Assembly (NCBI GenBank): GCA_977020255.1
Contig: CDROCS010000506.1
Span: forward strand, 3,658,001 to 3,722,000
Length of the DNA stretch: 64,000 bases
Direction of reading: 5' to 3'
DNA from: Obrimoposthia wandeli
Taxonomy: Eukaryota
Under the pieces are notes generated by a model. It made no database searches. It had not been told where the DNA came from and saw only the letters and a list, made by a program, of their open reading frames with translations. Positions 27,982-36,028 of the stretch are shown here, piece after piece (positions within the stretch are counted from its first letter, which is position 1; each line of letters opens with the position of its first letter). The translations under genes were made by a program, and so were the position numbers.

Positions 27982-28766
27982 TAATGATGAGCAACGAGTC
28001 CATTTTGCACTGCAAATTTAATGAGATCTGTCTGAGATGATAAATTTAGCACGTTTAGCATGAGATATTTATGTGATTCAATGGTGCGATGACTCAGCGT
28101 TAACGCTTTCGCACACTCTTTGGCTGTCATTCCTGTTGCAAGTAAGCTGAGCACTTCTTTTTGACGCGGACTTAACAGTGATGCTGCGTTGTTTGGGGTC
28201 TCTTTGCTCGACAAATGTCGTGAAAGTTTAGAGAATTGCCAATAAACAGCCCACATTTCGGCAAGTGATTTTATCAGAATTACTTGATTGTGCGTTAAAG
28301 GCTGGGCGTCTTCACCAAAGCGGCTCATCGAAAGCGCTCCCCATTTCTTGCCATGGATCTTTAACGGTAAAATCGTATGCCAACGAACCCCATTGTTATA
28401 GAGCGTTTTGAGAACGCCATTCTTTTGGGTGCTTAGCTGTTCTGCACTAAAGTGAATGGGAATTTGTGCGTGCAGCATTTTTAAATAACCTTCAATACCT
28501 AACCTATCCATCGATATTAGCGCGTTGTCTATCGTGTGAGGCCCTTTGCTTGCCACGCCGATAAATTTAAGTTCTGTATCTGTGCTGGTGGCTTCTTCTC
28601 CCAGTGATTTGTCATTTTGATAAAGAGACATTCGACCCAGCTTAAACAAGTCAAGCGCTTGGGTGGCAAGCCTATTCCAATGTTTTTCAAAATTATCAGG
28701 GTCGCAAGTTATTAATGACGATTGTTCGATCAAGAGTTGTTCAAATGATGTAATTGATTTTGTCAT
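27957..28766 (-). CDS. LuxR-family regulator with a GAF-like N-terminal sensor
   Basis: C-terminal LSPRQKEVLSLLATG...LSHRTIESHK HTH; no receiver Asp motif seen; divergent from the sulfatase. Confidence 0.8.
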   Translation of the reverse strand: MTKSITSFEQLLIEQSSLITCDPDNFEKHWNRLATQALDLFKLGRMSLYQNDKSLGEEATSTDTELKFIGVASKGPHTIDNALISMDRLGIEGYLKMLHAQIPIHFSAEQLSTQKNGVLKTLYNNGVRWHTILPLKIHGKKWGALSMSRFGEDAQPLTHNQVILIKSLAEMWAVYWQFSKLSRHLSSKETPNNAASLLSPRQKEVLSLLATGMTAKECAKALTLSHRTIESHKYLMLNVLNLSSQTDLIKFAVQNGLVAHHYQPSISHH

Positions 28767-28953
28767 TAATATAGCCTTAATAATTGTTTATTTTATGCCC
28801 CCGATATTACAACTCCTCTTATTTTGTTAGTAGTAGTAAAAACACTAGTTTATTTACTTTAGCAGCCCTCCATTGCCTTGTTTGAAAGATTATCGGTACT
28901 GAAATTGATTCAGGTCAACTTAGCTCACACAAATGATTAGTCGTTCTATTTGG

Positions 28954-28971
28954 TACAGTAGTTTTACGGTA
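28954..28971. promoter_or_regulatory. Imperfect 18-bp palindrome upstream of sulfatase 1 (candidate operator)
   Basis: TACAGTAGTTTTACGGTA (6 of 9 pairs); a related TAGTAGTAAAAACACTA lies at 28831-28847. Confidence 0.3.
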
Positions 28972-29040
28972 TTCAATAAATGATTACATCGCATAATTGC
29001 CCCGTTAATTAAAGTTCTTAACTAATAATGGGTACATAAA

Positions 29041-30621
29041 ATGTTAAAACGTAAAACATTACTTCAGCTTTGTATTGGTGCTGCTTTAGCTACCACAGCT
29101 ACAGCTAGTTTCGCGACCACAGATACCAGTCGACCAAATATCCTTGCCATTTGGGGCGATGATATCGGTATTGATAACCTGAGCGCATACACACAAGGTC
29201 AAGCAGGTCACTGGACACCAAATATCGATCGTATTGCTAACGAAGGTGCGTTATTTACCGATTTCTATGGTGAAAACTCTTGTACAGCAGGTCGCTCTGC
29301 ATTCATCACGGGTCAGCACCCAATGCGTACTGGTCTTACTAAAGTGGGCATTCCTGGTGCTGCAGAAGGTATGCGCGCTGAAGATCCAACGCTAGCAGTC
29401 ATGCTTAAAGATAAAGGTTATGTTACTGGCCAGTTTGGTAAAAACCACCTTGGTGATCGTGATGACCAACTACCAACTGAACATGGTTTTGATGAGTTTT
29501 TTGGTAACCTTTACCACTTAAATGCTGAAGAAGAACCTGAGAATGCTGATTACCCTAAAGGTGCGGCATTCAAGAAGAGATTCGGTCCACGCGGCGTGAT
29601 CCATTCATATGCTGACGGTCGTATCGAAGATACCGGTTCGCTAACGCGTAAGCGTATGGAAACGGTAGACGAAGAATTCTTAGACGCAGCACTTAAATTT
29701 ATCGACAAAGCACACAAAGAGAAAAAGCCTTTCTTCGTTTGGTTTAACTCAACACGTATGCATGTTTGGACTCACCTGAAAGAGGACTCTAAAGGACTTT
29801 CTAAACGTGGTGGTTTATACGGTGACGGATTAGTTGAACATGACAACATGGTTGGCCAACTACTCGACAAACTCGATGACCTAAAGATTGCCGATAACAC
29901 GATTGTTTCTTATACCACTGATAACGGTGCAGAAAAATTTACTTGGCCTGATGGTGCAACAGCACGTTACCGCGGTGAGAAAAACTCAACGTGGGAAGGG
30001 GGCTTCCGTGTTCCAGCTATGATCCGTTGGACGGGTAAAATCCCTGCAGGTCAAGTGGTGAACGAAATCGGTGCACATAATGATTGGATCCCAACATTCA
30101 TGGCTGCGGTTGGTGATGACTCTATCGTTGCTGATTTGAAAAAAGGTAAAACCCTTAACGGCAAAGAATACAAAGTACACCTAGATGGTTACAACCTGTT
30201 AGATAAACTGAAAGAAGGTAAAAGTACGACTGCCGATGACAACACAGATTGGCCGCGTAAAACCTTCTTCTACGTGACGGATGGCGGTTCAGTGTCTGGC
30301 GTGCGTATCGGTGACTGGAAAGTACTTTACTCAGTACAAGAATGTACAGGCTTTGCAGTTTGGCAGTGTCCGATGAAAGAACTTCGTGTTCCTTATATCT
30401 TCAACCTGCGCCAAGACCCGTATGAAAGTGCAATGTTAACGTCTGGTACTTATGAAAGTTGGATGTTCGATCGTATTCCATATGTGTATATGGGCGCAGC
30501 TGCAACAGGCCAATGGTTACAAACATTTGTTGAATTCCCACCACGCCAAGTACCTGGCTCGTTCTCTATCGATAAGATCGTAGAGAAAATGAATATCTGG
30601 GAAAATGCACAATACAAATAA
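29041..30621 (+). CDS. Secreted formylglycine-dependent arylsulfatase (paralog 1)
   Basis: Sec signal peptide; WGDDIG; SCTAGR (CxAxR FGly motif); GKNHLG; TDNG. Confidence 0.92.
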   Translation: MLKRKTLLQLCIGAALATTATASFATTDTSRPNILAIWGDDIGIDNLSAYTQGQAGHWTPNIDRIANEGALFTDFYGENSCTAGRSAFITGQHPMRTGLTKVGIPGAAEGMRAEDPTLAVMLKDKGYVTGQFGKNHLGDRDDQLPTEHGFDEFFGNLYHLNAEEEPENADYPKGAAFKKRFGPRGVIHSYADGRIEDTGSLTRKRMETVDEEFLDAALKFIDKAHKEKKPFFVWFNSTRMHVWTHLKEDSKGLSKRGGLYGDGLVEHDNMVGQLLDKLDDLKIADNTIVSYTTDNGAEKFTWPDGATARYRGEKNSTWEGGFRVPAMIRWTGKIPAGQVVNEIGAHNDWIPTFMAAVGDDSIVADLKKGKTLNGKEYKVHLDGYNLLDKLKEGKSTTADDNTDWPRKTFFYVTDGGSVSGVRIGDWKVLYSVQECTGFAVWQCPMKELRVPYIFNLRQDPYESAMLTSGTYESWMFDRIPYVYMGAAATGQWLQTFVEFPPRQVPGSFSIDKIVEKMNIWENAQYK

Positions 30622-30660
30622 ACAATTGGAATGATTGTTAATTAAAGCATTTGTAAACAA

Positions 30661-30698
30661 GGAAGTTACATCTGGTTATACCGGGTGTAGCTCCTTTT
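30661..30698 (+). terminator. Intrinsic terminator after sulfatase 1
   Basis: GGAAGTTACATCTGG-ttata-CCGGGTGTAGCTCC-TTTT. Confidence 0.7.
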
Positions 30699-30764
30699 GG
30701 TTTTTAAAACCATCAATATTAATAGTCTAAATACTGTTTTTTTACAGTTCAGGTAGTGAGTGAT

Positions 30765-32057
30765 ATGAGTAATAATCAAATTCGCCAACACAATGGCAAA
30801 CCTCAGCAACGCATGAATGTGATGACCAAACCTATTGGGCCTGCATGTAACATTGATTGCACATATTGTTATTATTTAAGTAAGCAACAGCTGCTTGATT
30901 ATGACAAAGGTTGTAAACCTACAATGAATCCTGAAATGTTAGAGCGCTATATCCGCACTTACATTGAACAGCAAAATTTCCCTGAGATTGTATTTCACTG
31001 GCAAGGTGGTGAACCTACATTACTAGGGGTTAAATTTTTCCGTGAAGTGGTTAAATTACAAAAAAAATATTGCCCACCTGGCGTGACTATTGAGAACGAT
31101 TTACAAACCAACGGTATTTTACTTGATGATGAGTGGGGTAAGTTCCTCGCTAAAAATAACTTTTTGGTCGGTATTAGTATTGATGGACCAGAGATGATCC
31201 ATAACACTTATCGTACTAACCGTGCTGGTCGTGGCACGTTCAAGCAAACGATGAAAGGTGTTGATATTTTGCATAAATATAATATTAGCTTTGCGACTTT
31301 AACCTGCGTTAACAATGTCTCTGGTGCTGAGCCATTAGCGGTTTATCGTTTTTTACGTGATGTTGTTCGCTCATCACAGATGCAGTTTATTCCGATTGTC
31401 GAGGCTAAAAGTTTTCGTGATACGGCACCACAGCATTGGGACGAGTCGGAAATACAATTTCAAGGTGCGCCTGAAACAGACCCTAGCCATCCTAATTCAG
31501 TAGTCGAAGCTTGGTGTGTATCAGCTGGGCAGTGGGGTGACTTTTTATCCACCATTTTTGATGAATGGCTGAACGAAGACATTGGTAAGATTAATGTACC
31601 TTATTTTGAGGCCGCGATTGAAGCTTGGATGGGGCGTGTTAATCCATTATGTACGCTCGGTCCTATGTGCGGTAAAGGTTTAGCCATTGAAGCCAATGGT
31701 GATGTGTTTGCTTGTGATCACTATGTTTATCCTGATTTTAAATTAGGCAATATTGAGCAGGATGATCTGCAAGACATGCAGTTTTCCGAAAAACAGCAAG
31801 CGTTTGGTTATGCTAAAGAGAGCACCTTACCGGATCAATGTCGTCAATGTGATTATCAATTTGCGTGTTTTGGTGAATGTCCTAAAAATAGATTGCTAAA
31901 AACCCTGCAAGGACAGAAAGGACTGAATTATTTATGCGCTGGTTGGAATAAATTTTTCCGCCACATAGACCCTTACATTACCTTAGTCGTGAACACCATG
32001 GGTCACAAGGTTTATAAGAAGATTAATAGTCAAGCAATGCAGCTTAAATTAAAGTAA
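30765..32057 (+). CDS. Anaerobic sulfatase maturase (radical SAM/SPASM); start may be GTG 30756
   Basis: CNIDCTYC, WQGGEP, SIDG, SPASM cysteines C..CG...CDH and CRQC....CFGECP. Confidence 0.93.
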   Translation: MSNNQIRQHNGKPQQRMNVMTKPIGPACNIDCTYCYYLSKQQLLDYDKGCKPTMNPEMLERYIRTYIEQQNFPEIVFHWQGGEPTLLGVKFFREVVKLQKKYCPPGVTIENDLQTNGILLDDEWGKFLAKNNFLVGISIDGPEMIHNTYRTNRAGRGTFKQTMKGVDILHKYNISFATLTCVNNVSGAEPLAVYRFLRDVVRSSQMQFIPIVEAKSFRDTAPQHWDESEIQFQGAPETDPSHPNSVVEAWCVSAGQWGDFLSTIFDEWLNEDIGKINVPYFEAAIEAWMGRVNPLCTLGPMCGKGLAIEANGDVFACDHYVYPDFKLGNIEQDDLQDMQFSEKQQAFGYAKESTLPDQCRQCDYQFACFGECPKNRLLKTLQGQKGLNYLCAGWNKFFRHIDPYITLVVNTMGHKVYKKINSQAMQLKLK

Positions 32058-32064
32058 TAAGGTA

Positions 32065-32649
32065 ATGATGATGAAATATATCAAAGGTCAATTTTTTACG
32101 GTATTGCAGAGAGCATTGTTAAGCGCGGTGCTTAGTGTTATCAGTTTTCAGGCGATGGCGGTTGAATCGAAGATAGCAACCGTGTTCCCGGATGAACAAG
32201 TACAACCCATGGTTAAAAATGCTTATGCGGAAATGAGCCGTCGCTACACGTTATTTGCAGAGTTATTCAATCTTTGCCAACAGAAACCCAATGCAGAGGA
32301 TTGCCAAAAACCTTATGAGCAAGCGAAGCAAAACTACACGGTGGCGTCCTCTATTTACAACTCCATTGAAATGACATTGGTGCCTGCATTCATTGAACTT
32401 GAAACGCCATTAATGAGTTTGGTTGAGTTAAATAAAGCGTTAACCGAACTTGGCTATATGGATACAGAATTGGCTGATGATCAGATTTCGAGCGTGGCAT
32501 TAATACCTTATATTAATCAGTGGCAGGTAAAAAATAATCTACCGGTCACGGATAAAATTTATTTATTACACACTTATCTTATCAGTGCCAATGCCATGCA
32601 AGCTACGCCAGATCTACAGCACAAATTACCACGTAAGCAGCAAAGTTAG
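32065..32649 (+). CDS. Exported hypothetical protein with a degenerate peptidoglycan-binding-like C-terminus
   Basis: Signal peptide ending AMA; LTELGY...INQWQVKNNLPVT. Confidence 0.55.
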   Translation: MMMKYIKGQFFTVLQRALLSAVLSVISFQAMAVESKIATVFPDEQVQPMVKNAYAEMSRRYTLFAELFNLCQQKPNAEDCQKPYEQAKQNYTVASSIYNSIEMTLVPAFIELETPLMSLVELNKALTELGYMDTELADDQISSVALIPYINQWQVKNNLPVTDKIYLLHTYLISANAMQATPDLQHKLPRKQQS

Positions 32650-32657
32650 GGTAAGTT

Positions 32658-33650
32658 ATGACATTATTTCGATTTATTGTATTTGTCTTTATTGCCAGCG
32701 TGTTCACCTTACAAAGTGTACAAGCTGAATCAACAACATTGGAAACGCGTCTAAGTGATGAGAAATACATCGCTGAGATGTCGCAAAATTTAGAACTGCA
32801 GCTTGCTGTTCGTGTTCAAGCCGTGATTGAACTTGGGCAGTTCAGTGGTGCGAATGCTTTAATTGCCATTGCGAGAGCAAGCCGAGCAGATCAATATGAA
32901 CTTAGATTAGCGGCGATTGAGGCGGTTCGATTTTGGAGTGTGAAAGCGCGATGGGATGTTGTTTCCCCTTTAGTTATGGATGAAGACACAAGTGTTCAAG
33001 CGGCTGCAGGTAATGTACTTGTTTCTTTGTGGGGGGAGTTAAATACAGATCAGCAAGCTTATTTACAACCTGCGATAGACCAGTATATAGCAGCGCTTAA
33101 GCAAATGCCGATGAGGTTTGAGATCGCGCTTGAATTAGCGAATGTTTACCGTTACCAGCAACAATTTATAGCGGCGGAACAAGCTTACAAAGTACTGATT
33201 AAGCAATACCCAAAACAAGCGCAAGGGTACCTACAACTCAGTGAGCTCTATCGTCAAAATAACACTGAAGGCTTAGCGAATGAGACGCTAATTCAAGGTA
33301 TTGCAGCAAACCCACAATCGGCTGCGCTTTATTATGCCCAAGGCCTTAGCTATTATCGACAAGGTGATCTGCAACAAGCTGAAATTGAATTACGCCGTGC
33401 AATAGATAATGAACCAAATAATGGTCGTTATGCGTATACGTTAGCAGTCATGATTAACACTGCGCAACCAACTAAAGCCCTAACGCTCTATCAGCAAGCG
33501 TATGACAATACAGGATCTCCGCAGTATTTGTATGCGCTGTGCGAAAACTACATTGGACAAGGACATAATGTACAAGCGAGTCAATGTATCGGAAAATTAA
33601 AGCAAGTAGCCCCTGAAAATATTGTTAAGCAATTGACGGATAAGCTATAA
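32658..33650 (+). CDS. Exported HEAT-repeat + TPR protein
   Basis: Signal peptide; VRVQAVIELG and LRLAAIEA HEAT-like repeats; multiple TPRs (ALYYAQGLSYYRQG...EPNNGRY). Confidence 0.75.
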   Translation: MTLFRFIVFVFIASVFTLQSVQAESTTLETRLSDEKYIAEMSQNLELQLAVRVQAVIELGQFSGANALIAIARASRADQYELRLAAIEAVRFWSVKARWDVVSPLVMDEDTSVQAAAGNVLVSLWGELNTDQQAYLQPAIDQYIAALKQMPMRFEIALELANVYRYQQQFIAAEQAYKVLIKQYPKQAQGYLQLSELYRQNNTEGLANETLIQGIAANPQSAALYYAQGLSYYRQGDLQQAEIELRRAIDNEPNNGRYAYTLAVMINTAQPTKALTLYQQAYDNTGSPQYLYALCENYIGQGHNVQASQCIGKLKQVAPENIVKQLTDKL

Positions 33651-33855
33651 CCACTAATGACTAACTTAAGGTATAGCTTTAGTGGGTACATATGATGTGC
33701 AGTTAATGGCGATGACATGCGTTTATTTATATGCCGTGTTTGAACAGAAATAACACGGCTTTACGGATCAAACTTCAGCATTACTCGCCTTTTTTATTCT
33801 TTTACTTTACACTTATTTCAAATTTATACTCCCTCGTAAAACAAAGGAAAAAAAC

Positions 33856-34134
33856 ATGGCTCAAGCAACAGCACGACACATTTTAGTAGACGACGAAGCA
33901 AAATGTAATGAACTTAAAGCACTTATCGAAGCAGGTACTGATTTCGCTGAAGTTGCTAAGCAAAATTCAAATTGCCCATCAGGCGCTCAAGGCGGTGATT
34001 TAGGTAAGTTTGGTCCTGGTATGATGGTTCCAGAATTCGATAAAGTTGTATTCTCTGCGCCAATCAATGTAGTTCAAGGTCCAGTGAAAACACAATTCGG
34101 TTATCATTTATTAGAAGTTACAAGCCGTAGCTAA
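33856..34134 (+). CDS. ppiC: Peptidyl-prolyl cis-trans isomerase C (parvulin)
   Basis: ARHILV, SNCPSGAQGGDLG, GPVKTQFGYH. Confidence 0.97.
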   Translation: MAQATARHILVDDEAKCNELKALIEAGTDFAEVAKQNSNCPSGAQGGDLGKFGPGMMVPEFDKVVFSAPINVVQGPVKTQFGYHLLEVTSRS

Positions 34135-34312
34135 TAATGATTTGATGTTTCTCGCATCCCCTGTGATGCGAGGGATTCCCCCTATGTAAACTAGTCTGAA
34201 ATAACTCTGCAATACCCACAGAATAACCCTTATCATAACCCCAAGTTAGCACTCTCATAGCCAGTAATAATCCTCACGATATAATATAATTGACAGATTA
34301 ATATAATTTTTG

Positions 34313-34341
34313 TTGACAAAAAATCAAATCGGGATTAAATT
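34313..34341 (+). promoter_or_regulatory. sigma70 promoter giving a ~170-nt leader to the NhaC-family gene
   Basis: TTGACA (34313-34318), 17 bp, TAAATT (34336-34341). Confidence 0.55.
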
Positions 34342-34517
34342 CCGCTCGATGTTTTCACGACCCTGTCCCAAGCAGTGTAAACAAGCGCCAGCAACCTCCT
34401 ACCCGCTGGTGTTTTGCGCATGTAAAGCAGCATTAAACTCAGATAAAAACACCTGTTCCATTTGAGTCTTTTAATTTACTTAGCCGTTTTGGCTCTATTT
34501 TAGAAGGATCTTAAAGC

Positions 34518-35900
34518 ATGTCAGAAGCGACAGCCTTAAGTCTTATTCCACCAGTGGTGGTTTTGGTGTTAGCCGTTGTATTACGACGTCCTATCCTTTC
34601 GTTGGTTATTGGTTCATTTGTCGGACTCATGTTAATTGAGTCTACGAGTGCGTTGACCAGTTTTTCTGCGATATCTCTCTCTGTGATGACAGATGAGACT
34701 ATCGGTTGGCTTATTTTAGTCTGCGGTGGTTTTGGTGCCCTCATTGCGTTACTCGTGAAAACGGGTGGTTCGATGGCATTTGGCCGCTATGCGATGAAAT
34801 TTGCCAAAGGGCCTAAATCGTCTTTGTTAATGACATTTTTATTAGGCGTCGCTATTTTTATCGACGACTATTTAAACGCATTAACGGTTGGTTCGACGAT
34901 GAAACGCGTGACTGATAAGTTTAAAGTGTCACGCGAAATGCTAGCTTATGTTGTTGATTCTACTGCTGCACCTATTTGTGTATTAGTACCTTTATCGACC
35001 TGGGCGGTGTTTTTCGGCGGTTTACTTGTCGACAATGGTATTGCTGCTGAAGGGCAGGGCATCGCGGTTTATATGGACGCTATTCCTTATATGTTATACG
35101 CGTGGCTTTCGGTGATCATGGTGGTATTAGTGATTGTCGGTATCGTGCCTGAATTTGGTCCAATGAAGAAAGCACAATTAGCGGCAGCGCAAGGTGTACC
35201 AGCTTTGGTTCAAGTTGATTTAGGCGAGATCCAAACCTCGGATGAATACGCGCTTAAAGCCATTGAGGATGAATTTAAGCATGCTGACGACACGGGTAAG
35301 TTACATAACTTTGTTGTGCCTATTCTTTTGTTAGTTGGCTTTACTGTGTATTTTGACATTGATGTTTTAATGGGGTTGTTAGCGACATTAGCTATTACAT
35401 TGCCGTTTTATGCAGTGCAAAAAATAATGCCATTGGCTGAAATGATGGAGCAAATGATTGATGGTTTTAAATCTATGTTACCAGCGATTTGCACCGTTAT
35501 AGCTGCTTTTATTTTTAAAGATGTGAGCGATCAATTACTGTTGTCACAATATGTAATTGAGAATTTAACGCCATTTATGACACCGAAATTATTACCAGCA
35601 GTGGTATTTTTATCTATGTCTATATTAGCGTTTGTTACTGGTTCTAGCTGGGGTATTTTTGCCGTCTCTATTCCAATTGTAATGCCGTTAGCACAATCGC
35701 TGAATGCGGATATTCCGTTAGTGATTGGTGCGTTATTATCGGCATCATCATTTGGTAGTCAGGCTTGTTTTTACTCTGACTCGACGGTATTAGCCGCACA
35801 AGGTTCTGATTGCAACTTGATGAGCCACGCTATAACACAATTACCTTATACGTTAATTGCTGCTGCTATTACGTTTGTCGGATTTATCTGGCTTGCTTAG
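34518..35900 (+). CDS. NhaC-family Na+-coupled transporter (probably amino acid/organic solute)
   Basis: IFIDDYLN, VDSTAAP, TGSSWG, SDST motifs; about 12 TM segments. Confidence 0.85.
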   Translation: MSEATALSLIPPVVVLVLAVVLRRPILSLVIGSFVGLMLIESTSALTSFSAISLSVMTDETIGWLILVCGGFGALIALLVKTGGSMAFGRYAMKFAKGPKSSLLMTFLLGVAIFIDDYLNALTVGSTMKRVTDKFKVSREMLAYVVDSTAAPICVLVPLSTWAVFFGGLLVDNGIAAEGQGIAVYMDAIPYMLYAWLSVIMVVLVIVGIVPEFGPMKKAQLAAAQGVPALVQVDLGEIQTSDEYALKAIEDEFKHADDTGKLHNFVVPILLLVGFTVYFDIDVLMGLLATLAITLPFYAVQKIMPLAEMMEQMIDGFKSMLPAICTVIAAFIFKDVSDQLLLSQYVIENLTPFMTPKLLPAVVFLSMSILAFVTGSSWGIFAVSIPIVMPLAQSLNADIPLVIGALLSASSFGSQACFYSDSTVLAAQGSDCNLMSHAITQLPYTLIAAAITFVGFIWLA

Positions 35901-35937
35901 TAGTCGATCGTAGTCTCGTTATCTAATATCGCTAATT

Positions 35938-35973
35938 AAAGGTGTCGTATGTTCGAATACGGCACCTTTTTTT
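35938..35973 (+). terminator. Intrinsic terminator
   Basis: AAAGGTGTCGTAT-gttcga-ATACGGCACC followed by a T-run. Confidence 0.8.
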
Positions 35974-36028
35974 AGATTGCACCCTCCTTATTTAATATCA
36001 TTAATTTACAATTATTGAGCGTTTAGCT

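Noticed and set aside
34345-34517. Lysine riboswitch (lysW) or MetJ boxes ahead of the NhaC-family gene
   Set aside because: It lacks the AGAGG..GC start and conserved core of the L-box, and there are no tandem AGACGTCT boxes.
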